From Desulfuromonadales bacterium (GTDB taxonomy: Bacteria; Desulfobacterota; Desulfuromonadia; Desulfuromonadales; UBA2294), in contig JACUTX010000001.1 in the NCBI GenBank assembly GCA_014859615.1, positions 1 to 55,223 of the forward strand: a stretch of 55,223 bases of DNA, written 5' to 3'. The notes beneath the pieces were generated by a model. The model was not told the DNA's origin. It saw only the letters and a program-made list of their open reading frames with translations, and ran no database searches. Positions 47,283 to 55,223 of the stretch are shown piece by piece (position 1 is the first letter of the stretch; every line of letters starts with the position of its first letter). Made by a program: the position numbers and the translations under genes.

Positions 47283-49013
47283 ATGTCATACCTCGTTCTT
47301 GCCCGCAAATGGCGCCCCCAGACTCTGACGGACCTGATCGGCCAGGAACATATCAGCCGGACCCTCTCAAACGCCATCGCATCCGGGCGTGTTCATCACG
47401 CTTTTCTCTTTACCGGAGCCCGGGGGGTCGGTAAAACCTCTGCCGCGCGGATTCTGGCGAAAGCGCTTAATTGCGAACAGGGGCCATTAGCCGAGCCGTG
47501 CAACAACTGCCCGTCGTGTCAAGAGATCGTCGCCGGGCAGGGGGTCGATGTTTTCGAGATTGATGGTGCCTCCAATACCGGCGTCGACGATATCCGTGAT
47601 CTGCGGGATAATCTGCGCTATCTCCCTTCGCACTCCCGTTACAAAATTTTTATTATCGATGAAGTCCACATGCTTTCGATTAATGCCTTCAACGCCCTGC
47701 TGAAAACTCTCGAAGAACCGCCTGAACACGTTAAATTCATCTTCGCAACGACTGAACCGCACAAAATTCCGGTGACGATCCTGTCGCGTTGCCAGCGTCT
47801 CGATTTTCGCAAGATCGGGCTGAACAAAGTGGCACAGCGACTGCGCGTGATCGTCGATGCCGAAAAGATCGCGATCAGCGATCTGGCCCTCTCTCTGGTT
47901 GCCCGCCAGGGTGAGGGGAGCATGCGCGATGCTCTGTCAACGCTGGATCAGGTGATTGCGTTTTGCGGTGAAACCGCTTCGGATGAAGATGTTCAGTCGC
48001 TGCTCGGAATGGTCGATCGGCATCTGCTGTTTGAAATTATCGACGCTCTGTTGCGCAGGGATGGACGACGCGTTCTCGAAGGTTTGCAGCGGGTCGATGA
48101 TCTCGGGCACTCCTATCGACAGTTTTGCCGCGAATTGATCAGTCTGTTTCGCACTCTGGTGCTGTTCAAGGTGATCGATAATCCGGCCGATCTGGTCGAT
48201 GTTACAGCCGATGAACTGCGTGCGGCGCAAACTCTCTCCGAACTGGTCAGTCTCGAAGATTTGCAGCGGATGCTGACCCTTTTAATTCGCACCGAGACGG
48301 AGATTCCTGGTGCTGTCTTTCCGCGGCTGACGGTTGAGATGGCTCTGATTCGCCTGACCAGTCTGCCGCCCGGTCAGGATGTAGCGACTCTGGTTCAGAA
48401 ATTAGAAGGATTGCAGCGCCAGCTTGGAGCAGGTGACGGGACAAGCCCTCTGACCCCTCCACCGGTTCGGCGACCGGTACCGGTACAGACCCCGAAACCG
48501 AAACAGGAAGCGGAACCGGAGCAGCGACCACCGTTGCCGCCGGAATCAGAAGAGCCTCTGGTAAAAAAGCGTGAAGCTCCGGTTGTCGCGATCCCGCTCG
48601 ATCGAGACTGGCCGGGGCTGGTTGACTACGTGCGGGGGCGGCGTCGACCTCGCATCGCCTCGATTCTTGAGCAGGCGAGATTGCTCTCCTTCGATTTGCC
48701 GCAGTTACGTATCGGCCTGCCGAAGGGATCCTTTGCCTTCGGACAGTTGGAAGATAAAGAGACGATTGAGAATCTGACGCTGTTGGCCGAAGCCTATTTC
48801 GAGCAGACGGTTATAGTGAAGGTGGTCGGTCTCGACACAGTCGATTCAAAGGAAGCGCCACGATCACTGGCCGAGGAGCGGCAGACCAAACAGAGCGATC
48901 GTCAGAATCGTCTGCGCGATGATGCTCTGGAGCATCCGGTCGTGAAATCGGCGCTGGAAGTCTTTGAGGGGACGGTAGAAGAGGTTCGACCGATAGATAA
49001 AGGGTACGTGTAA
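47283..49013 (+). CDS. dnaX: DNA polymerase III subunits gamma and tau
   Basis: 576 aa. YLVLARKWRPQTL, Walker A GARGVGKTS, zinc module CNNCPSCQE, and DEVHML. A Pro-rich linker and a C-terminal tau-specific region follow. Confidence 0.96.
   Translation: MSYLVLARKWRPQTLTDLIGQEHISRTLSNAIASGRVHHAFLFTGARGVGKTSAARILAKALNCEQGPLAEPCNNCPSCQEIVAGQGVDVFEIDGASNTGVDDIRDLRDNLRYLPSHSRYKIFIIDEVHMLSINAFNALLKTLEEPPEHVKFIFATTEPHKIPVTILSRCQRLDFRKIGLNKVAQRLRVIVDAEKIAISDLALSLVARQGEGSMRDALSTLDQVIAFCGETASDEDVQSLLGMVDRHLLFEIIDALLRRDGRRVLEGLQRVDDLGHSYRQFCRELISLFRTLVLFKVIDNPADLVDVTADELRAAQTLSELVSLEDLQRMLTLLIRTETEIPGAVFPRLTVEMALIRLTSLPPGQDVATLVQKLEGLQRQLGAGDGTSPLTPPPVRRPVPVQTPKPKQEAEPEQRPPLPPESEEPLVKKREAPVVAIPLDRDWPGLVDYVRGRRRPRIASILEQARLLSFDLPQLRIGLPKGSFAFGQLEDKETIENLTLLAEAYFEQTVIVKVVGLDTVDSKEAPRSLAEERQTKQSDRQNRLRDDALEHPVVKSALEVFEGTVEEVRPIDKGYV
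48563..48618 (+). other. Candidate programmed -1 ribosomal frameshift cassette in dnaX (would produce a 430-aa gamma)
   Basis: In-frame heptamer A AAA AAG (48563-48569; codons GTA AAA AAG = V427 K428 K429). The -1 frame then reads GCG TGA (stop at 48572-48574). A 6-nt spacer is followed by a stem-loop: GCUCCGG (48576-82)/CCGGGGC (48612-18) plus an inner stem GUCGCGAUC/GAUCGAGAC. Confidence 0.5.
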
Positions 49014-49067
49014 TGATTTCGAACGCATTTTATAGCGAATAAAAAATTCAACGCGAGGGAGACAGAT

Positions 49068-49382
49068 ATGGCAAAGGGACTCGGCAATATTATGAAGCAG
49101 GCCCAGATGATGCAAAAAAAGATGGGCCAGATGCAGCAGGAGATGGAAGCACAGCAGGTCGAGGCAACCGCCGGTGGGGGTATGGTTACGGCCGTGGTCA
49201 ATGGTCGTCAGAAGCTGCTCTCCTTAACCATCGACCCGCAGGTTGTCGATGCTGACGATGTTGAAATGTTGCAGGATCTGATCTCTGCCGCAGTGAATGA
49301 GGCGATTAACAAGAGTCAGGCGATGATGCAGGCGGAAATGGGTAAGCTGACCGGAGGGATGAATATCCCCGGACTGTTTTAA
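49068..49382 (+). CDS. ybaB: Nucleoid-associated protein YbaB/EbfC
   Basis: 104 aa. GNIMKQAQMMQKKMGQMQQEM..GGGMVTAVVNGRQKLLSLTIDP is the typical YbaB pattern. It lies in the conserved dnaX-ybaB-recR order. Confidence 0.92.
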   Translation: MAKGLGNIMKQAQMMQKKMGQMQQEMEAQQVEATAGGGMVTAVVNGRQKLLSLTIDPQVVDADDVEMLQDLISAAVNEAINKSQAMMQAEMGKLTGGMNIPGLF

Positions 49383-49401
49383 AATGAAGTGTTGAAAATA
49401 G

Positions 49402-49430
49402 TTGCCTTCCGGTTAACTTTTTATTATGAT
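49402..49430 (+). promoter_or_regulatory. Candidate sigma70 promoter for recR
   Basis: TTGCCT (49402-07), a 17-nt spacer, then TATGAT (49425-30), inside an AT-rich 143-bp ybaB-recR spacer. Confidence 0.35.
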
Positions 49431-49525
49431 CTCCAAACCCCTTATTTTTTCATGGGAATTAAAAAATTCAGCCAGCATAAAATAGTGAAACGCTGGTTTA
49501 TTGAAAGAAAAAAAGGCGCGGATTT

Positions 49526-50125
49526 ATGCTGGAGTCGATCCCTACTTTCTCTCGATTAGTCGCTGAGTTGTCCAAGTTCCCCGGCGTCGGGAAGAAGACT
49601 GCGGCACGGCTCGCTTTTTATCTTTTGCGCTGTCCGGATGATGAGGCGCTTTCACTGGCCGATGCGATTCGTGATCTGAAGGCTAAAATAAGATTTTGCA
49701 CGGTCTGCCATCACATCACGGAAATCGATCCGTGCAACCTCTGTTTGGATCCGGCGCGAGATGATCGAGTCATCTGTGTTGTTGAGGAACCTCAGGATCT
49801 GGTGTCGATTGAACGGAGCCGGTCATTTCGCGGCCGCTATCATGTTCTGCATGGTGCCCTCTCTCCTCTGGACGGGGTCGGTCCTGATCAGCTGCATATT
49901 GTCGACCTTCTGAAGCGCTTGCGCACGGGGGAGGTAGAAGAAGTGATCGTCGCGACCAATTTTACCGTGGAGGGGGAGGCGACTGCGCTCTACCTCGGGC
50001 GTCTGATTCAGCCGCTCGGCATCCGGGTCACGCGCCCGGCCCATGGCATCCCGATGGGGAGTGATCTGGAGTATGTCGATGAAGCGACTGTCAGTCGGGC
50101 TGTGCAAGGCCGGCGGGAGTTTTAG
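49526..50125 (+). CDS. recR: Recombination protein RecR
   Basis: 199 aa. LPGVGKKTAARLAF (HhH), a C4 zinc finger (CTVCHHITEIDPCNLC), and a Toprim region (ICVVEEPQD). Confidence 0.94.
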   Translation: MLESIPTFSRLVAELSKFPGVGKKTAARLAFYLLRCPDDEALSLADAIRDLKAKIRFCTVCHHITEIDPCNLCLDPARDDRVICVVEEPQDLVSIERSRSFRGRYHVLHGALSPLDGVGPDQLHIVDLLKRLRTGEVEEVIVATNFTVEGEATALYLGRLIQPLGIRVTRPAHGIPMGSDLEYVDEATVSRAVQGRREF

Positions 50126-50199
50126 AGTGATAAAGTGTCTGTTATATCTTTTTTGACCCTGGTTTCATTTGGACAAACACTGCAACGAAGGAGAAGAGC

Positions 50200-53100
50200 A
50201 TGTCTCGAAAAATGGTAAATATTGACGGCAACACCGCAGCGGCGCATGTAGCGCATGCAATTAATGAGGTGATTGCCATCTACCCGATTACACCGTCATC
50301 GGTGATGGGGGAGATCTCCGACGCCAAGAGCGCGGTCGGTGAGAAGAACATCTGGGGGACTGTCCCCAAGGTGGTTGAGATGCAGTCTGAAGGGGGTGCG
50401 GCCGGTGCGGTCCACGGAGCCTTGCAGACCGGCGCGATGACCACGACCTTCACGGCTTCTCAGGGTCTGCTCCTGATGATCCCGAATATGTTCAAGATTG
50501 CCGGCGAACTCACTTCGACGGTCTTTCATGTTGCCGCCCGCGCCATCGCTGCGCAAGCCCTCTCGATTTTTGGTGACCACTCCGACGTCATGTCAGCCCG
50601 TTCCACTGGCTGGGCGATGCTCTGCTCCAACAATGTTCAGGAGGTCATGGACTTTGCCCTGATCGCCCAGGCCTCAACTTTGGAGTCGCGTATCCCGTTC
50701 ATGCATTTTTTTGACGGTTTCCGGACCTCCTCCGAAGTGCAGAAGGTTGAAGAACTGACCATGGACGACATGCGAAGCATGATCAGCGACGAACTGGTTC
50801 GTGCGCATCGCGCCCGCGGTCTGTCGCCAGACCGTCCGGTCATGCGCGGTACTGCTCAAAACCCGGATGTCTACTTCCAGGGGCGTGAAACGGTCAACGC
50901 CTACTACGATAAGGTTCCCGGCATCGTGCAGGCGCAGATGGACAAGTTTGCCAAGCTGACCGGTCGCCAGTACAACCTGTTCGATTACGTCGGTGCCCCT
51001 GACGCTGACAAGGTCATCGTCATGATGGGTTCCGGCTGCGATACCGCACATGAGCTGGTTGAGCATCTCACTGCTCAGGGCGAAAAGGTCGGCCTGCTCA
51101 AGGTCCGCCTCTTCCTGCCGTTTTTAACCGCGGATTTTGTTAAAGCTCTGCCCAAGACGGTCAACAAGATCGCTGTCCTCGACCGGACCAAAGATCCCGG
51201 CTCCATGGGAGAGCCGATGTATCTCAATGTGCGTACCGCCATCGGTGAAGCGATGTCCGACGGCCTGTTTGAGTTCAAAGGGTACCCGACCATCGTCGGC
51301 GGCCGTTATGGCCTCGGGTCTTACGAGTTTACCCCGGCGATGGTCAAAGCGGTCTTCGACAATCTCGATGCCGCCAAACCGATGAACCATTACGTCGTCG
51401 GGATTAAGGATGATGTGACCGGTCGCAGCCTCGATTTCGACCCGTCCTACAAGGTGACAAGCAACGCCTATCAGGCGATGTTCTTCGGTCTCGGCTCTGA
51501 TGGGACCGTCGGCGCCAACAAGAACTCGATCAAGATTATAGGCGACACCACCGACAACAATGCTCAAGCTTACTTTGTGTACGATTCGAAGAAGGCCGGC
51601 AGCATGACGACGTCGCATTTGCGTTTTGGTAAAGATGTGATTCGTTCTCCGTATCTGATCGATTCGGCCGATTTTATCGCTTGTCACAACTTCTCTTTCC
51701 TCGCCCGCTACGATCTGCTGAACAAGGCAAAAAAAGGAGCAACCTTCCTGATCAACTCGCCATTCAGTGGTCAGGAAACATGGGATCATCTGCCGCAGGA
51801 GACCCAGCAGCAGTTGATCGACAAGAAGATGAAAATGTACGTGATCGACGGCATACATCTTGGGGAAAAGATCGGCCTCGGCTCGCGGATCAACGTCATC
51901 ATGCAGACCGCTTTTTTCAAAATCTCCAATATCATCGATTTTGCCCTGGCTGAAAAAGAGATCAAAGATGCCATCGTCAAGACCTACGGCAAGGCTGGCG
52001 AGAAGGTTGTCAAGATGAACTATGAGGCGGTCGATGCCGGCGCCAACAATATTGAAGAGTTTACGGTTCCGACGGCAGTAACCAGCAAGTTCAAGATCAG
52101 CTCCGTGGTTAATGCCGATTCGCCAGCTTTTATCAAGCAGACGACCGGCCCGATTATTGATGCTTTGGGCGAGCACCTGCCGATCTCGGCGATGCCGGCC
52201 GACGGCACCTTCCCGACGGGTACCGCCAAGTTCGAGAAGCGCAACATCGCGGTGAATATTCCGGTCTGGGACACAGAGCTCTGCATCCAGTGCGGGATCT
52301 GTTCATTTGTCTGTCCGCACGCTACTATTCGTTTGAAGATTGTTGAAGAAGCAGATCTCAAGGGCGCTCCGGCCACTTTCAAATCGTGTGATGCCAAAGG
52401 GAAGGACGTGGCCGGAAAGAAATTTTCGTTGCAGGTCGCGCCCGAAGATTGCACCGGTTGCGGTGCCTGTGTGCACAACTGCCCGGCCAAGAGCAAGACC
52501 GAAGAGGGGCACAAGGCGATCAACATGACCTTCCAGGAGCCGCTGCGTGCGCAGGAGGTGATTAACTGGGATTTCTTCTTGTCGCTGCCTGATACTGACC
52601 CGGCGTTGATCAATCGCAACAGTCTCAAAGGGAGTCAGCTGTTGCCGCCGATGTTTGAATTCTCAGGTGCCTGCGCCGGGTGCGGTGAAACCCCGTTTGT
52701 GAAGCTCTGTTCACAGCTGTTCGGTGACCGGATGGTCGTCGCCAATGCGACTGGCTGTTCGTCGATCTACGGTGGTAACCTTCCGACCACGCCGTGGACG
52801 ACCCGCAAGGATGGTCTCGGTCCGGCCTGGAGCAACTCACTGTTTGAGGATAACGCGGAGTTCGGTTTCGGCTACCGCTTGACGATCGACAAGTTCAACG
52901 AGTATGCTCTGGAGCTGCTCGATAAGCTCGCTTCCTGCAGCTGTAAAGGGTGCAAGGAGAGTCTTGGTCTGATGGCTGAGATCAAGTCTGCCACGCAAAA
53001 TACGCAGGAAGAGATTGTACTGCAGCGTGGTCGCGTTGCCAAACTTAAGGCCTCCCTAGCCGAATGTCCGGATGCCGACAGCAAGAATCTTCTTTCGGTT

Positions 53101-53781
53101 GCCGATTATCTGGTCAAGAAGTCGGTCTGGATTCATGGTGGTGACGGCTGGGCTTACGATATCGGTTACGGCGGTCTTGATCATGTGCTCGCCTCTGGTG
53201 CAAATGTCAATGTATTGGTCCTTGATACGGAGGTCTACTCCAATACCGGCGGTCAAGCTTCCAAGGCGACTCCGCTCGGCGCCGTGGCACAGTTTGCTGC
53301 TGGCGGCAAGCGGATGCCGAAGAAAGATCTCGGCATGATCTGCATGACCTACGGCAATATTTATGTTGCCAAGGTTTCGATGGCGAACCCGGCCCAGGTG
53401 GTCAAGGCGATGATCGAGGCTGATTCTTACGACGGTCCGTCGATCATTATCGCTTACAGCCATTGCATCGCGCACGGCATCGACATGACAACAGCCGTCG
53501 ATGAAGGCAAGAAGGCGGTTGCCTGCGGTCACTGGCCACTGTTTCGCTTCGACCCCCGTCTCTCTGCGGAAGGGAAGAATCCGCTTCAGCTCGACAGCAA
53601 GGAGCCGACTATCTCCTTCGAAGAGTACGCCTACGGCGAGAACCGCTACCGGGTTCTGAAGAAGCTTCAGCCGGAGATGGCCGAGCGTTTGATGCAGGAG
53701 CAGAGCAAAGGTGTCGCATCGCGTTTTGACCTCTATCAGAAGTTGGCAGAAATGCAGGCAGATTGCGGTAAAAAGTCCTGA
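50200..53781 (+). CDS. nifJ: Pyruvate:ferredoxin (flavodoxin) oxidoreductase, single-polypeptide type
   Basis: 1193 aa. N-terminal POR domains (DGNTAAAHVAHA..YPITPSS). Two 4Fe-4S ferredoxin motifs (CIQCGICSFVCPH, CTGCGACVHNCP). TPP-binding C-terminal domain (GACAGCGETP..GGDGWAYDIGYGGLDH). Confidence 0.96.
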   Translation: MSRKMVNIDGNTAAAHVAHAINEVIAIYPITPSSVMGEISDAKSAVGEKNIWGTVPKVVEMQSEGGAAGAVHGALQTGAMTTTFTASQGLLLMIPNMFKIAGELTSTVFHVAARAIAAQALSIFGDHSDVMSARSTGWAMLCSNNVQEVMDFALIAQASTLESRIPFMHFFDGFRTSSEVQKVEELTMDDMRSMISDELVRAHRARGLSPDRPVMRGTAQNPDVYFQGRETVNAYYDKVPGIVQAQMDKFAKLTGRQYNLFDYVGAPDADKVIVMMGSGCDTAHELVEHLTAQGEKVGLLKVRLFLPFLTADFVKALPKTVNKIAVLDRTKDPGSMGEPMYLNVRTAIGEAMSDGLFEFKGYPTIVGGRYGLGSYEFTPAMVKAVFDNLDAAKPMNHYVVGIKDDVTGRSLDFDPSYKVTSNAYQAMFFGLGSDGTVGANKNSIKIIGDTTDNNAQAYFVYDSKKAGSMTTSHLRFGKDVIRSPYLIDSADFIACHNFSFLARYDLLNKAKKGATFLINSPFSGQETWDHLPQETQQQLIDKKMKMYVIDGIHLGEKIGLGSRINVIMQTAFFKISNIIDFALAEKEIKDAIVKTYGKAGEKVVKMNYEAVDAGANNIEEFTVPTAVTSKFKISSVVNADSPAFIKQTTGPIIDALGEHLPISAMPADGTFPTGTAKFEKRNIAVNIPVWDTELCIQCGICSFVCPHATIRLKIVEEADLKGAPATFKSCDAKGKDVAGKKFSLQVAPEDCTGCGACVHNCPAKSKTEEGHKAINMTFQEPLRAQEVINWDFFLSLPDTDPALINRNSLKGSQLLPPMFEFSGACAGCGETPFVKLCSQLFGDRMVVANATGCSSIYGGNLPTTPWTTRKDGLGPAWSNSLFEDNAEFGFGYRLTIDKFNEYALELLDKLASCSCKGCKESLGLMAEIKSATQNTQEEIVLQRGRVAKLKASLAECPDADSKNLLSVADYLVKKSVWIHGGDGWAYDIGYGGLDHVLASGANVNVLVLDTEVYSNTGGQASKATPLGAVAQFAAGGKRMPKKDLGMICMTYGNIYVAKVSMANPAQVVKAMIEADSYDGPSIIIAYSHCIAHGIDMTTAVDEGKKAVACGHWPLFRFDPRLSAEGKNPLQLDSKEPTISFEEYAYGENRYRVLKKLQPEMAERLMQEQSKGVASRFDLYQKLAEMQADCGKKS

Positions 53782-53812
53782 TAACAGGGAACGATTAAGA
53801 ACCACAAACGAT

Positions 53813-53851
53813 AAAGGCCCCCGACAGAAGTCGGGGGCCTTTACTGCTTTT
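53813..53851 (+). terminator. Rho-independent terminator after PFOR
   Basis: 13-bp perfect stem AAAGGCCCCCGAC/GTCGGGGGCCTTT with loop AGAA, followed by ACTGCTTTTG. Confidence 0.85.
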
Positions 53852-53881
53852 GTGCGGTAGTGGATCGAAAAGTAAAAAGGC

Positions 53882-53910
53882 TTGATAGGACAAGATTTTG
53901 ATGTTATAAA
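53882..53910 (+). promoter_or_regulatory. Candidate sigma70 promoter for mglBA
   Basis: TTGATA (53882-87), a 17-nt spacer, then TATAAA (53905-10), 35 nt upstream of the mglB ATG. Confidence 0.45.
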
Positions 53911-53945
53911 GTCACGGGTATGCAATATAAGCCAAGGAGCTACGT

Positions 53946-54440
53946 ATGGCAGCACAATCCTCAACTTTTGTCATGTACGACGAGGAACTTCGGAAAATCA
54001 ACCAGGTTTCTGAAAAACTTTTACGCGAGTCGAATTCCAAGGTCATATTTCTGGTTGACAAGAATGGCCAGTTGATCACTTCGGTCGGTGAAACCGCGCA
54101 TCTCGATACAACCAGTCTCGCCTCTTTGACTGCGGGGAATATTGCCGCAACCGGCGGCTTGGCAAAGCTGATCGGCGAGAAGGAGTTTTCCATCCTCTTT
54201 CATGAGGGGGAGAAGGATAATATCCACATCTCTATCGTCGGCGGTCGCGTCATTCTGGTCGTGATCTTTGATCAGCGCAGCTCTCTTGGCCTGGTTCGTC
54301 TGCGGGTCAAGAAGGCCAGTGATGATTACGGCCTGATTTTTGAGGAGCTGGCCAAGAAGTCGGAGCAGGAGGATCAGAGCGGTGCCCCGAGCGCCTTCGC
54401 TGAGATTACCGACGACGACATCGACAATCTCTTCAGCTGA
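53946..54440 (+). CDS. mglB: Roadblock/LC7-domain GTPase-activating protein MglB
   Basis: 164 aa after an AAGGAG RBS. It has a Roadblock/LC7 pattern ([53 protein letters not shown]) and an acidic C-terminal tail. It lies directly upstream of mglA. Confidence 0.82.
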   Translation: MAAQSSTFVMYDEELRKINQVSEKLLRESNSKVIFLVDKNGQLITSVGETAHLDTTSLASLTAGNIAATGGLAKLIGEKEFSILFHEGEKDNIHISIVGGRVILVVIFDQRSSLGLVRLRVKKASDDYGLIFEELAKKSEQEDQSGAPSAFAEITDDDIDNLFS

Positions 54441-54453
54441 AGGGTCACACTGC

Positions 54454-55050
54454 ATGTCTTTCATCAATTACGCCTCGCGCGAAATCAATTGCAAGATTGT
54501 TTATTATGGTCCCGGTCTCTGTGGCAAGACCACAAATCTTCAATTTATCTATCAGAAGACCTCTCCCGACGCCAAAGGGAAAATGATCTCCCTGGCGACC
54601 GAAACAGAGAGAACCCTCTTTTTCGATTTTCTGCCACTGGCTCTCGGCGAAATTCGAGGTTTTAAAACCCGCTTTCATCTTTATACGGTTCCGGGGCAGG
54701 TGTTTTACGACGCTTCCCGAAAATTAATTCTTAAAGGGGTCGATGGCGTTATCTTTGTCGCCGACTCTCAAGAAGAGCGTCTCGATGCCAATATTGAGAG
54801 CATGGAGAACCTTAAGCTCAATCTCGAAGAGCAAGGGTATGATCTCGATAAGCTTCCGTTTGTGATTCAGTACAATAAAAGTGATCTGCCGAATGTCTCA
54901 CCGCGTGCCGAGCTGACCAGTCTGTTGAATCCGAATAAAGTCCCTGAGTATGATGCTTGCGCTACGACGGGTGAAGGAGTTTTTGAAACACTGAAGGCGG
55001 TTGCCAAGTTGATCCTTATGGAACTCAAAAAAGGCGGGACCGGCGGATAA
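54454..55050 (+). CDS. mglA: Ras-like small GTPase MglA
   Basis: ATG 54454 gives [29 protein letters not shown] (P-loop), TVPGQVFY (switch 2) and QYNKSDL (NKxD). The track start 54340 would overlap mglB by 100 nt and is rejected. Confidence 0.92.
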   Translation: MSFINYASREINCKIVYYGPGLCGKTTNLQFIYQKTSPDAKGKMISLATETERTLFFDFLPLALGEIRGFKTRFHLYTVPGQVFYDASRKLILKGVDGVIFVADSQEERLDANIESMENLKLNLEEQGYDLDKLPFVIQYNKSDLPNVSPRAELTSLLNPNKVPEYDACATTGEGVFETLKAVAKLILMELKKGGTGG

Positions 55051-55057
55051 TTTTATC

Positions 55058-55086
55058 TTGACTTTAGCCATCTGCACCGGTATAAA
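55058..55086 (+). promoter_or_regulatory. Candidate sigma70 promoter for tRNA-Asn
   Basis: TTGACT (55058-63), a 17-nt spacer, then TATAAA (55081-86), 18 nt upstream of the tRNA 5' end. Confidence 0.5.
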
Positions 55087-55104
55087 ACTCGTCTAATCAT
55101 ACAT

Positions 55105-55180
55105 TCCCTGATAGCTCAGTTGGTAGAGCAGCGGACTGTTAATCCGCTTGTCGTTGGTTCGAGTCCAACTCGGGGAGCCA
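55105..55180 (+). tRNA. tRNA-Asn (anticodon GTT), CCA encoded
   Basis: 76-nt manual cloverleaf: acceptor TCCCTGA/TCGGGGA (one G-U), D-arm GCTC-AGTTGGTA-GAGC, anticodon arm GCGGA-CTGTTAA-TCCGC, T-arm GTTGG-TTCGAGT-CCAAC, discriminator G, CCA. Confidence 0.93.
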
Positions 55181-55190
55181 TAAATCAAAA

Positions 55191-55223
55191 GGGCCTGTAG
55201 CTTTTTAGCTGTAGGCCCTTTTT
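55191..55223 (+). terminator. Rho-independent terminator after tRNA-Asn
   Basis: 12-bp stem GGGCCTGTAGCT/AGCTGTAGGCCC (two G-U pairs) with loop TTTT, followed by at least 5 T before the window ends. Confidence 0.8.

Noticed and set aside
54340-54453. N-terminal extensions proposed by the ORF track: mglA from 54340, hrcA from 17909, dnaJ from 21670, cheY from 32366, the lipoprotein genes from 10089 and 11359, and glnS from 28434.
   Set aside because: The extensions overlap upstream genes or regulatory elements (CIRCE, a hairpin), or precede the obvious signal peptide or conserved N-terminus. Internal starts with RBS-like sequences give canonical N-termini.

Overview
This 55.2 kb window looks like core chromosome rather than an accessory island. 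It is dense (about 52 protein genes, 2 tRNAs, 1 SRP RNA) and all but three genes are on the + strand. Gene content (Frz-like chemosensory genes, mglBA, pyruvate:ferredoxin oxidoreductase, CIRCE/HrcA heat-shock control, Mbh-type Mrp cluster) suggests a Desulfuromonadales/Geobacter-like deltaproteobacterium; that assignment is inference only.

Gene order:
- a truncated carbon-nitrogen hydrolase (-)
- a 12-gene Mrp/Mnh-type cation:proton antiporter cluster
- a four-lipoprotein operon (LPP20 / LpoB-like / large lipoprotein / LPP20-like)
- a YbfB/YjiJ MFS transporter
- an APC permease fused to EIIA(Ntr)-like and RCK_C domains
- hemW, then hrcA-grpE-dnaK-dnaJ behind a perfect CIRCE operator
- an LpoA-like TPR/periplasmic-binding protein plus a lipoprotein
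- panE (-), carD, ispD, ispF, glnS
- a chemosensory cluster: cheR(REC-like+TPR)-cheY-cheW-mcp-mcp-cheA/Y-cheB
- cysS, an EamA transporter, an Isf-like flavoprotein, uvrB
- tRNA-Ser, SRP RNA, dnaX-ybaB-recR
- PFOR, mglB-mglA, tRNA-Asn

I found no CRISPR array, IS element, integrase, prophage or recognisable defence or toxin-antitoxin genes, so I cannot support a claim of a wholly new system.

The least ordinary features:
1. Two tandem MCP genes share 1,847 bp of perfect nucleotide identity, then diverge abruptly.
2. Each MCP carries the same sensor module twice, once periplasmic and once at the cytoplasmic C-terminus after the signalling domain.
3. dnaX contains an E. coli-style -1 frameshift cassette (A AAA AAG, 6 nt spacer, stem-loop, immediate -1 frame TGA).
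4. The Mrp cluster has archaeal Mbh-type gene order with three antiporter-like subunits and no MrpA.
5. An amino-acid permease is fused to EIIA(Ntr) and RCK_C domains.

All family assignments come from motif recognition by eye and need HMM or BLAST confirmation.
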